64,000 nt of DNA from Intoshia linei (taxonomy: Eukaryota > Animalia > Orthonectida): assembly GCA_001642005.1 (NCBI GenBank), contig LWCA01000009.1:1-64000 (forward strand). The letters are read 5' to 3'. The notes below the pieces were generated by a model. That model did no database searches. It was not told the origin of the DNA and saw only the letters and a program-made list of their open reading frames with translations. Below, in pieces: positions 1 to 12,800 of the stretch. Each line of letters starts with the position of its first letter. The first letter of the stretch is position 1. Position numbers and translations under genes: made by a program.

Positions 1-430
1 AGTGTTTAGATCATCTTCCATAAAAAATAATATACTACAAAATTACATATCATTAAAAGAAGGCCATAAGTTAAATTTATTGTTGGATACCCCGACGAGA
101 TGGAACAGTATTACAACAATGTTAGATCGATTCCTGAAAGTATCGGATTCAGTAATAACTGCTTTAAATGATCTAAACTTATCATTTATGTGGAATAATG
201 GATTTTTAGATGTAGTTTTAAATTTCTAATATTCTAAAACCGATTAAGATTGGTATCGAGGCATTGAGTAAGGCCGACATGAACTTATTAAAAGCAGATG
301 CTATCATTCAATTTATTTATAATGAATTAGAAACAATTAATGGAGATTATTCGATACAATTTCAGTTAAAGTTAAAAAGTAAAATAATGAAAAGGAGAAG
401 CAAAGAACTGTTAACTTATTAAATTTCTAC
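1..430 (+). pseudogene. Degenerate hAT-superfamily transposase fragment
   Basis: ORF 2..229 has the hAT motif LDTPTRWNS. After a frameshift near 228 the reading continues ILKPIKIGIEALSKADMNLLKAD, typical of the hAT RNaseH-like region. Truncated by the window edge. Confidence 0.75.
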
Positions 431-539
431 ATGATTGCAATCATTTTAGACTGAAAACAACCTGCAATGTTCTCCCCATGTGTATAAAAAGTGAAACATT
501 AATATTTTGTAGATCTTTATATTGTTTATTTGTTGTATT

Positions 540-2194
540 TTAATTTTTAATAAAAGATGATAGAAAATCAATTGGAACAGGGAAAATTATTGTAGAATTT
601 TTTTCAGCGGATATAGAGTTTAATGTTTGTAAATATCTTAACTGTAAAGCTCCGGCAGATCCACTAAAAATATACAATTAAACATGATACCATACAAGTA
701 TTATTATCATATATATATTAAATCACCTTATAATATCGGCTGCCGCTTTTATTGATGCTGCAGCATTTTTTTCACCTTCAGCGGTAATTATCTAAATGTA
801 ATTATTGACTTGTTTATTATTTTATGCAGTATTGAAAAACATTTATCAAAAGTTAACGTTAAAAGTGTAATGATTCTAATACATATAATATATGTCATAT
901 ATTATACAGTGTATAAATTATTGATTAAATAATATTACAATGTTCAATTTAGAAACAAACAACCAAGAAATTAATTATGTTATTGATTTTAAAAATTTAC
1001 AAATTATCCATAAAAATTAAAATTACTTTAGCCTTAGCATCCCTAGTAGCTTCAGCTATGGCGCTCATGGATTTTTGCATTTGTATTGGCAATCTCACGT
1101 CCTTGCTAAAGATAAATAATGTTAATTAATTTTTTATAATAAAATTGGAAATTAACTCTACCATCAACTCTACACCTAAATACATAATTTTCTGTTAGAA
1201 AAATGAATATGGTATTTTGAAAGGTAAAGAGATGCGATAATGCGTAGGTACAAACATTTTATGATAATATACATTTCAATTCTTTCGACTTTAATTCCCC
1301 AAATATCGGTTGCCTCGTCCAATGAAGTCTAAATGGTAATGTACATCGTAATATATTCATCATCCTCATCTACACTAAATACTATGAACCATGATAGTGG
1401 ATACCTGCATTCGATTGGAAATAGAATCTCTATTTTGTAAAATTTCGCTCAAATCTTTAGTTCCAAGTTCATTTCGAAGGGTCGTTGCTGCCAGCAAACG
1501 AGTGGCTCTCGACGCGTCTTCCACGTTAACAACTGAGCTTACAGCATCAGCGATTTGATAATAAACCACAGCGTCCACTGCCACTGTTACTGAGTCACTT
1601 GTAAGTATCTACACAGAATTTCAAAATAAAAATGTAAAAACTTTTAAATTACTTCTTGGGGTGGAACATCAAAAGCAACTGTCCTTAAATCGAGTATTTT
1701 GTAATTATCGATACAAGGAATAACAAAAAATATTCCTATAAATATATTGAAATGTTGATGTAATTTAGTTTTATAATTTTATTTGACAATTTTATCATTA
1801 GAATAAATCAAATTATTTATTATGCTGAAACATTATTATCAATTGAATCAGTCTTCAAAAAATGGAATTTTTATTTTTTAGATGGGAATTTTGAAATAAT
1901 ATTACTCAGAAATAATTGTTTATTTAAATTGTTAAATAACCTGGTCCTCTGGCGCGTCCTGAAAGCAATCTTCCTAGTCGAAAAATAACCACTCGTTCAT
2001 ATTCTTGAACCACTTTGATACACATAAAAATTGACACTGGAAACGTTATAATTATTGTTAGAACCGACATTGTTGTCAAAAAAATGGAACAACATCTTCC
2101 TCCTAATGATGAATCTTCATGTCTTTCTAAAAAATTATATTTTTGGTTAGAGATATTTACCAGCGACTTGAACATTCTTCCCTTTATTAATCAT
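540..2194 (-). CDS. Stomatin/band 7 (SPFH) family protein, mec-2/STOM-like, 8 exons
   Basis: GT-AG exons join in phase: [11 protein letters not shown]|ERHEDSS...[18 protein letters not shown]...GP|[10 protein letters not shown]...[13 protein letters not shown]|[17 protein letters not shown]...[12 protein letters not shown]|...[10 protein letters not shown]|KDVRLP...|...|...[29 protein letters not shown]. Stop at 540-542. Confidence 0.93.
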
Positions 2195-2587
2195 TGCGAA
2201 TGAAATTTGTATTTATTTACATATCCATAAATACAGGATCAATAAGTAATGTTAAATTGACCCAAATTTACTTTAAATTGATCAACATTATTGTCTATAT
2301 ATTATTAGGGCAAGCAAAAGTTAATAAAGTTAATTTTTGATGTTAATTAGTTTCAAATTTCAAACATGGTGGTGGCAAAATTATCCATATTAATTGACTA
2401 ATTAAAAAAAATTTAGGTTAATAAAATTACAATTTTTCTTCATAAATAACATTTTTTATATAAAATTAATAAAGTTACATTTTAAAATATTTAATTGTTA
2501 CACGTGCATTTTATTTTGAATTTTACTGATTACGATTTGTTATAAAAGTAATATTATGTTACTTTTTGTACTATTGATATATAAGTA

Positions 2588-3195
2588 TGCCAAAAAATCC
2601 AAAATCGAAACAGAAAACAATCAGCAATACTCTAAAACTTTATCCAACTGAATTTAAAATAATGGACAACAATTTATTTTGTTTAAGATGCAATTGAAAT
2701 GTCTCGTTTGCTAAATTACATTATGTAACGGTACATAGGGGTTCATCAAAACAGAAATCTTTAAATACTGTTATGTCAACAGACATACAATTATATAAAT
2801 AAATTTGAATTAGTTACAATAATTATTAATGGTATACCAGGAAATGGTGTGATCATACAACGAGCAATGAAGGCAGTATCTGCAGTTGGATTATATAATG
2901 AATTAATCAAACTCAATGGTTATACATCTATAATAGATGTGATTAAATTGGCAAAAGACTCATTTAACATAATTAAAGCATTTGAAACATTACAAAATTT
3001 AAATTTTGTTCCAGATCCATGCAAAACACTCATTACATAGAAAAAAGGTTGAAAACCAATGACATTACAAATATAATGATGGCTTTGGATAAATCTAAGC
3101 CTCCTTCACTGTACAGTAAATTAAGAAATGGACCATCAACATCTAATGGTATAGAGAGGTTTTAGTATGTTGAATAAACTCTTAACTAAAGTGGC
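2588..3195 (+). pseudogene. Decayed hAT/CGGBP-like transposase remnant
   Basis: N-terminal zinc-finger-like LFCLRCN*...HYVTVH with stops. Near 3135-3190, STSNGIER(fs)FSMLNKLL resembles the hAT dimerisation motif ERxFS. Confidence 0.5.
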
Positions 3196-3311
3196 CAGAT
3201 TTTGAACGTACCAGTTACTTAGAAACCAAAATGAAATTAAATTTAAAATCTGAGTCAAAATTGAATTTAAAATTAATATTTATTTATACATTTATATCAA
3301 TAAAATAAATA

Positions 3312-4186
3312 ACACGTTTCAATTAGTATAAATTTAATTTTATATTTTATATTACGTTGTTGTAGTGTCATAAATTAATTAAAGTTTACAAAATTTTTTG
3401 AAAATGAAAATTTGAAATTTAAAAATTGCGTAGCAATGAAAAATCATTCCGAAGGAATGAATTATATAGATTTTCACCCGTATGTCTTTACTGGAAATGC
3501 GTAGACGTACAATCCACATTTTTTTTGAAATTGTAGGATCAATATTTACATTTTTGATTTTAATCAAAATGTTTGAACAATATTGGTTGATAATATATTA
3601 AAAATTATTTTTCATCGGGAATGCGTAAATTTCTGGGGTTGAAATTTTGTATTTATATCAATTGGAATAAGCTCTATCAGAATAATCCTTTTTTTTAATT
3701 TTTGGACCGTTAATTATTTCACATTTTTGGTTTTAATAAAATATTTCGGAACAAAAATATATGAATACTAAAATGCTTTTTTGACCGTGAAGTCGTCATT
3801 TATTCGAATTGAAATTTTTTGAAATTCTAGGGCTGTTTTCATTAAAATTAGAAGGGTCTTTTGTGGTCTTGGCCCTGAAGATATAATATTTTTAAATTTA
3901 AATTTATGATAATGTTTATGATTTTAAAATCCGCATCAGCATATATATTTTTTTAAATTTTCCAACTCGTTTAATTTTCAAAAAGAGGGACAACAGGGGT
4001 TTTTGACCCTTAAGATGTGAAATTGGGAGGTTGAAATTTATCTTATTATACGTCCCAGAAAAAACTGTAATTGAAATGTGGTCTTTAAAAAATTCTAAGA
4101 GTGCTAGTTATTTCAATAAAGTAGGACACACAGACAGACAGACAAATAAAAATCGCGTCGAATTTTATATAATTTAGTATAAGTTA
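3312..4186 (-). mobile_element. 5' portion of the non-autonomous Helitron family
   Basis: 3312-3815 closely matches 19767-20275 and, in reverse, ~30140-30530. 4110-4186 is the reverse complement of the family 5' end (CTAACTTATA...GTCT microsatellite) seen at 15040. Confidence 0.75.
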
Positions 4187-4399
4187 GCAGTATTAATTTA
4201 AGCATAAAATTCAATCAAATATGTAAAATAAACTATTTAACGATCAATTTAAATTAAACTGATACTTTGGAAACCTGATATATATTATCCATGGGAGTCA
4301 AATAAAAGTTTTCCTCCTAAATTCAATTTTAGTTTACAAACTTTAAATTAACTATAAATGAAAAATAAAAAATGAATCACATTAAGATATTTACTATCA

Positions 4400-7300
4400 A
4401 TGTCTGAGTTTGATTTTATGAACACTGAAAATATATGCATGGATTCAAGAAATAATCACCTTTCTAAATTTAATCCTACTCAAATATCTAATATTAAAGG
4501 TAATTTTTGTAATATAAAATGTTATAGATTTTTATAACGTAGTGTCCTTTTTTTTTAAAAATTTCAGCATTTTTGGAGCGTTGAATCAAAATATATAGTA
4601 GGGAATGGAGTTGATTAAAAGTTACCCATCAACTATTTGCCATTTTATAATATTATTAATTCATTTTAAAATTTAAAAGTTTTTGATACTTGACTTCCCA
4701 TTCATATCACTTGATGTTATGGATTAGCAATAGTCAAGGAAAAATATGGATGACGGAACATTAGAAAAAAATTTGTTAACAAGCGTGGGTTTTAACAACT
4801 TTTGACATTTCTAAGAATGGATTTATTTTATTAAATTTTTAGAGGTAAAATCAAATTCTGTACCTTCCATAATGAATGGTGTAGATGTGTTAAAATCAAA
4901 TGTTACTGAAAACGTATCTCTTAATTTTAAAGATTTCCAACAAAATTTTTTGACATGTACTTTATGTTTAAATCATTATGATGAAGTATATGTGCCAAAA
5001 TTATTACCGTGTTCCCATACTTTGTGTCGTCCTTGTATAGATGGCCTTATTAATGCTACCGATTCAGACAAAATACAATACGAACCACCTAATGATAACA
5101 GTGAACCTAACCAAAATTTTATTTTTGTTATCAATTGCCCCGTTTGCCGAGAATCTATAGTTGTACCTCGTGGTGGTTCCATTGATTTTCCACCTTCCTT
5201 TTTGATTAATCAACTTGTCGATCTAATGAAATCTCAAAGAAAAGACATTATACCGTTGTGCAAATTGCATTCATCTGAATTACTCATGTATTGCGAAACC
5301 TGCGATGTAATTTTTTGTATCACATGTGGCGAAAAAGGACATGGTGGTTCTGTTGGTGGGTCAGGAGTGGATGCTAGGTGTATTATGGTAATTTAAATTC
5401 ATTTATTCTAAAACCCTTAACTTTAGCTTTACCAGGCCTTCCGAGCGTAGATAAATTTTAATGTTATCTATAATATCATCGGGTAAAAGCGATATATTCA
5501 TATATAATAAACACAATATACACAAGCCAACATTTATGTCATTATATTCCTTGTTTAGCCGTTTTAAGGCATGGGCAATATGGAGTGTAGCCCAGGGCCA
5601 CTCATTAAAAAAGGCGCCCAAATTAATAAAATTAAGTACTTTACACTGTTTTGATTATTGAATGATTGAAAAATATAAAAAATTGAAAATAATTTTGACA
5701 TAACTGTTTCAAATGATAATATTAAACATTAAAACCTTTCTATTAAGTGCATATTCAAAAAAGAAAGTAGGAAATCTTTGATTTTCTCTTATTAATTTTT
5801 AAAAAAGGGGCCCTAAAATTTTTTTCTCGCTGCGCTCTAAATACTTTTTTGCTTCGCTCAAAACTTTAAAGGACCTCCGGTCCTTTGCTTAGCCCAGCGC
5901 CACGAAGTGGCTTAAAACAGCTCTGCCCTCGTTTGCATTGTAATTTGATTCTTGTCACGTTTAACTTTGTCTTCAGTTATAGCTAAGTCGTCTGCAAGAA
6001 TCCCTGTTCTTATTTGACACTTAGTAAATTATGAAGATTTAATAAATTTTTATAAGTCCGCTGTACGCCCTTCGGAATGCACCACTCTAAGGTGTCACGA
6101 ACTATAAATTATGTTTAGTAGTGTTTAATATTTTTAATTTAGCTACCATTTTCTCTTGCTCTAAAACGAATGAACGAAATTGTACTTTATAAAGGATCAT
6201 TATGCTTGAAAAATTTAGACAAGGCAAATCAAAGTATACAAAACGAATTAAACTTGTTAAACGAAAACACTAATTGCGCTATTCAATCAGTAAATACAGT
6301 TTTTGATGATTTGTTACATAAAATAAAAAAAAGAAGAGATGGAATAATTAGAAAAATAAAAGAAATTCAAAATATTAAACATGCATCCTTAAACAACCAT
6401 TTAAAATTGGTTGAAGAAAGATGTAACGAAATTGGTCGTATCTGTAACGGTGAATCGAATTATATGCAATCTAATATTCACTATGTATCCAAGATTGTAA
6501 ATGATTTGAATGCAAGATTAGACCAATCGAACCCTCTGAGTCTATCCAGAGAAAATACATATATATCATTTGAATACAAATGTAACGATTCTTTAAAAAA
6601 AATATATAATGAAATTAGTAGATTGGGGAAGGTAAAAATTAGCACTACGTTTCCAATTTTATGTGAACTTGAATTTTCCAACTCTGCTATATTAAATCTG
6701 GAGACCACTGCAAAAGTAATTACTTACGATTGTTACGGGAAAAGGCGTAAGTCTGGAAATGATCCCATTTGTGTGAAAATTAAAAATGATGATTCAGGCA
6801 TGTGTATTAATTCTTATATTACAGATAAAGAAAACGGTGAATATAATGTAAATTTTACCATAAAACAAAGTGGGTCATATTCAATGTACACAACTATATT
6901 TTCCAGGCATATAAAAAATAGTCCGTTAAAATTTTTTGTAAAAAATGTAAATAATCCAATATCCACACTTGGAAAATCAACTTGCAAATATTTCAATACA
7001 AACGTTGAAACTGAGTTGACGAAATCTGTGTCGCTAATTTTAAAAAAAGGAAAAATTGAGTTGAAACAGCCCACTTGTATAAGAATTGGAACCGATGAAA
7101 CTATTTATATTTTGGATACAGGATCATGTCAACTCAAAATATTTTATCATCAAGATAGCGAAACTCTTAAAACTAGATTTATTAATTTACCTCAAATGCA
7201 AAATCAGGGTGCTACATCTATGGACCTTATCAATGAAAATACCATATTGATGAGTAATTGGAAGAAAAATGCTATTTATGAAATTTTTTTTGAGGAAAGC

Positions 7301-7981
7301 GCAGAAATCAGCAAAGTTATAGAACATACTCGTTTATTGGAACCGACGCAGTTGTCCATTAGACCGGATAAACTCGTTTTTTCTGTTTTGAACCATGAAA
7401 ATTCACAAATTTTAATTTTTACATGTGAGGGTGATTTGATTGGAGTTATTTCTAGAAGTTTTGAACTAACCATCAATGTGAATTGTCTTCATACTACCAA
7501 TAAATATATATTACTAGGAACAAATACTATCGAATTTTATTGCTTTGATATATTTGATAAAGATGCTGATTGTATAACAGAAATTACAGCTAATACAGAT
7601 AATGAATTTACCCAAAAAATTTGCAGTTTATACGACCAAACTGATAGTCTTATTTTTAAACCTTCTTTAACCTCGTCTCGCTGTAATTCTATCAGCAGTC
7701 TCAAACCCACAGAAAAATCAAATTTAACAAAGTTGAATCCTAAATTCTTACAATATAAACAAATCACAGTTGATTCAAAGGACAATATTCTTTGTTTATT
7801 CTTTTACAAGAGAAAATTTTATATTCGTTTATTTTCTTCCTCGGCTACACATATTTTCGATATCCAGAGTGATGATAAGGAACGGATTAAATTTGCGGGT
7901 GGTATAGTTTGTGATAAAAATGGTCAATTACATGTTTGCGACCTTTTTGAAAATGTTGTTAAAACGTTTAGATACGTTTAA
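4400..7981 (+). CDS. TRIM-NHL E3 ubiquitin ligase (RING, B-box, coiled coil, filamin, NHL-like propeller); TRIM2/3- or nhl-3-like
   Basis: RING CTLC...PKLLPCSHTLCRPC...CPVCR and B-box CKLH...YCETCDVIFCITC. In-phase exons: 4400-4499 (probable), 4843-5387 and 6143-7981 (LPFSLALKRMNEIVLYK). Filamin motif ITDKENGEYNVNF...IKNSP. Confidence 0.88.
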
Positions 7982-8435
7982 TTGTAATTAAAATTTTAAG
8001 TAACACTTTATGTTAAAAAATATCTGAGTGTATTGACAAATCGATGACCACTTCTATATATCAAGGGGATGAACTGTTTTGTCATGGAAAATGCCATTTA
8101 ACTTTTTTACTCATGAGGCATGAGTTATGAGTCGAATTGAAACTACCAAATATCTCATTTTTAAAATTTGTCTAACTTAAAACGGAATTAATTATGTTAT
8201 AAAAATTTCTAATTATAAAAACTTGAGTTAAAATTTGTATATCAGATTTTTTAATTTACAAATGTTAAATTGTTTGTTAAATTACAGCATTTTTTATTTA
8301 AATCGAAGAAGGTGTAGATTTGGTATGATAAATCGTAACATTAAAATGACACAATATGGTGATTGATACGTTAATATAATTTTTTTATAAAAAATTACCG
8401 GTAAAAATATTTTGGTAAATTAAATTATATAAATA

Positions 8436-8960
8436 CTAGGTGGACTGTTATGTACTACGTACAAACAGCACCTAGCTCTTATTCTACCAAAAAAATAAAT
8501 TCACGTTGAAAATTAACTTAAAAATCCTACTATTCACTATTATCAGTCTTTTAAAAGAGTGGTTCCCAAACTTGTTTCAGGTGCAACCGTCATATCACAT
8601 TACTTTTTAAAGTGAATTATTCCATCTTAATTTTGTTTTGTTAACATTTGCGTAAAGAAATTTTAAGACAATTGTTATGCCATTTTTTTAATTTATTAGA
8701 CAGAATGTGTGTATAATATTAAAAATAAAGTAAAAACAGTCCAATCCTAAAAATTGTCATAAATAGCATAAATTCCAAAAAAATAAAATTAGTCCAATAC
8801 TAAAAATTGTCATAAAGGTGTGAGTTTTGGAAATTGAAATTTATATTATTATATGTAAAAATTGTCATAAATTACAGAAAAAATAAAATTATAAAAACCT
8901 ATTTTGTCATTTTGAATGTGATGATATATATTCAGTACCAATTCCGGTTATAACCATTTA
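8436..8960 (-). mobile_element. Helitron 3' terminal fragment
   Basis: The minus strand ends in the hairpin CTGTT-TGTAC-GTA-GTACA-TAACAG, then CTAG and a flanking T. The internal sequence is shared with the copies at 14747, 18848 and 30650-31164. Confidence 0.75.
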
Positions 8961-9871
8961 TAAATTGTCAAACCTATTTTATGTTTATTGTAAAATAGAA
9001 AAAAATAAAAACCTGTAATTTTTTTTGAATTGGGAAAATTATCATGCATGAAATGGGTTAGCATTTACTGACTAGTTAAACTCGTTTAGGTGGTACTTAA
9101 TAATTAATTTACTTCACATTTTTAGTTTTAATTGAGCCAATAAAAAAATATACATGATTTACTGAGAGATTCCTTTGCCAGAATAATTAACTCATCAGCT
9201 AAAAATAATTTATGATGTAAAATGTCTTTGTAAATTATGTTTTAGGTTTTTCTTCTACTTTTCTTTGATTTTAAAATATTTTAAATCAGTGAGTCACCTA
9301 CAAAAAAAAGATAAACAAAAGAATTTATTAAAAATTAATATTTTTATCAACTTAATAAACAAATGAATCAATTCATTAATGTACAAATTAGTTGAAATTA
9401 AACGATCTGTTAAATTTAATTAATCAACAAAACAACAATTTAATTTAATCTCTATTTTTGAAATGTTAGTCTAAGTAATGTGTAAAATTGATCGGACATT
9501 TATACTTGACACAGTTTGCATAAATTTAATTGATTTTCCTACACGAGCGAATCGAAAATAGTATAGAGTTACACTTGTGAGCGGAGTTGCCACATTACTT
9601 TAATTGCAATGCAAATTTCAAAATTTTGCACAATTGATTGTACTATTTAATTAATGTTTTCAACAATTTTTTTATTTATTTAATTTTACATTTGATCAAT
9701 AAAATTTATACCAATGAGGTGATAATCCATTATTTTGTTAATTAAACAATGCTATTCCTAATTTACACTATTTATTGTCAATCTGACAGTGAATAATTTA
9801 GTGTATGTGGTAGGTTTGTTAAAGTAAACAAATTTATGCATAACTCATTTAATTTTGATCACTAAATCATT

Positions 9872-12800
9872 ATGCCAAATGCAAAGAAAGGTTTGGTTGC
9901 ACCACAAAATACCTTTCATGATAACATTGTTAGAATATCAAACGGTATTTTATTTTTAAAATTGATTTTTATTATATATAGACGCTGCATTCTTTATTGC
10001 TAATGCACGAATCGTTGACTATCCCATTATTAATGCAAGTTCTCAATTTTGTAAATTATCCGGATATAAAAAGGACGAACTTATGCAAATGTCTGGAACG
10101 TGTAGTTACATGTACGGAGAAAAAACATTAGCTAAAAGTATTCGACAGTTTGCTTATACCCTTGAAAATTTATCTTCAGATTGCCTTGAGATTGTATTAT
10201 ATAAGAAGAATCGTATTTTTTTATTATTATTTTATGGAATGGTTTTAAAATGTATCTTAGGAGTGCCAATGTGGCTATCATTACAAATTTGTCCTATTCA
10301 GGATCACAATTCTATCATTTTGTTTTATATCACATTGAATGATATTACTGCACTCAGAACTACCAAAGAAAAAAGTAATTCATTATTTTATCAATATCTT
10401 TTCAATCATTTTAATTATGTGATGGTGGTAATGGATTATTATTTATTATTTAATTAGCCCCGGAAGACAGATTTGTTAATTTAGCAAAATCAATCGCTCA
10501 AAAGCAAATTTTGTCAACTTTGAAATTAAATCAAAATATTGGAAAATTAGATACCTCTAAAAAGAATCAAGTAATATTACAATGTCCCTTTTTCATTTTT
10601 TTAATATAGGTTATTTTCATTGACAATGAACAAATGCCAATCTACCAACCCGAACCACCAAAAGTAATTTTCATCAAATTAATCAACTTTTATTTTAATT
10701 AAATCGAACCGGGTGGCAGGTAGAATTAAATTTGGGTATAAAATATTTTATAAAACTGGTGGCAGCTTGTGTATAATATGAACAATTTGACATATTCATG
10801 GATAAAAATTCTAGAGATTTATTTAGACCAGGGATTCTCAACCTGGTCGATATCGCCCATTTTTTAATATTGAGGGCGATTTATTTTCAAATTAATATTT
10901 TAATAAATTAAGGAATCCATGATAAATGTTTTTGAAATGAAAAAATATAATTTTTTTCATTTAGGGGGCGATAGTTCAAAAAGGTTGAGAATCCCTGATT
11001 TAGACAATTAATGGTATAATTTCATGAAAACGAAAATGCAATACCCAGTACAATACCTTGTACTTTGATAAAGAAAATTTCATTATATTTTTAACTGTAT
11101 AAATCAATGGTTTTCAACCGGGGGTCGCGAAATTTATCAGGGGATCGTGAGAATTTAAACACAATATAAAATATAAATAAAACTGAATATGCTTTTTTAA
11201 TATTTTCATTTATATGAATTGATAAGATGTTTGAAGTATATAGAAAATTTTTTATGTTTATAAAGGGTCGCGAACACAAAAAGGTTGAAATCCACTGGTA
11301 TAAATACAAATGTACTGACAAACATTTATTGAATGTGTCACACACCACATGATTATATGCATTTATTGTGTATATTTATATTTTAGACACCCAAAAATAT
11401 TATCCTTCACTACTCTGTCTTTAAATCGTCTTGGGATTGGATAATTTTAATTTTGACGTTTTATACAGCGTTAATAGTGCCGTACAACGTAGCATTCAAG
11501 AATATAGTAGAAGAACCAGGATCGTTAATAACTTTGAATAGTTTGGTTGATTTCTTCTTCTTACTTGATATTGTACTCAATTTTCACACTACCTTTGTTG
11601 GACCGTAAATGATTTTCAATTTTATAATTGTTATATACTAGCTTGGATATGTTGTACTACGTACAAACAGCATCTAGCGTTGCCGAGGGTGAACTTATCT
11701 AATTCTACCAAAAAAATAAATTCAATAATGAAATCTTAATTAAAAATGCTACTCATTATTAACAATCATTTAAAGAAGTCATTCCTAAACTTGAATTTCA
11801 CATTACCTTTTAATTTTAAATTAATAATTCCCACTTAATTTTATTTGGTTAACATTTTTGTATAGAAATTTAAAAACAATTTTGTCATCCCATTTATTCA
11901 ATTTAGTAGAGATAATGAGTGTATAATCTTAAGAATAAATCCAAAATAGTAAATACAAAAATTGTCAAAATAGCTTAAATTCCATAAAAAAATTCTAAAA
12001 AATATTAATTCTAGGACTAAAGTTATAAATAAACCATTAATAATAATGATAATAATAATTAATAAACATTATAATTAATAAAATTTATGTATCCTTAACT
12101 TCGTTAAATATTAATTAATTCAGATCCGGCGAGATAATCAGTGAATCGCATTCTATAATAAAGAATTACTTGAAAACGTGGTTTATTGTGGATTTAATAT
12201 CGTCTTTGCCTTACGATTTGTTCAATTTTTCGATAAACAGTGTAATTTTTTATTACGTTTTTAATTTTTGTTACAACATGTTTAATAATTTATTTAGAGC
12301 ATTAGTAGCATGTTTAGCGCTCTGAAAGTACTTAGGTTGCTGAGACTTGGAAGAGGTTTTGTATACATATATAGGTGTATAAAAATAATTTCTTTCTAGT
12401 TCTACGAAAATTAGACCATTATATGGAATATGGTGCGGCAGTATTGCTTTTACTCATTTTTTTCTTTTTGCTTATTGCTCATTGGTAATTTATATTAAAA
12501 TTGCACTGTCAAACACAGAAAAAACCAAAGGAATTCATGTATAATACCTTTGTTTTAGAAAATTAGCCGTTTCTTATCTCAGTATACATTGTATCTAACA
12601 TGTGCTATCTTTTCATTTGCTATTCCATAGTTTGCAAATTTCCATGCTCATCCAATTGCTAATTTTTCAAAAAAAATATTGGAAAAAGGGGATTTTTCCC
12701 TTAAGGGTTATTAAAATACACAAGTTGATAAAAATTTTTTATATTTATATTTTTATGTTTGAATCTCACGACCGCCAAGCATATAGTGTTGGAGCATAAT

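Noticed and set aside
4976-7785. Antisense ORFs overlapping the TRIM gene (likewise those in POLE, the PACT gene and EFCAB9)
   Set aside because: They are shadow frames opposite real coding exons, with no recognisable motifs.
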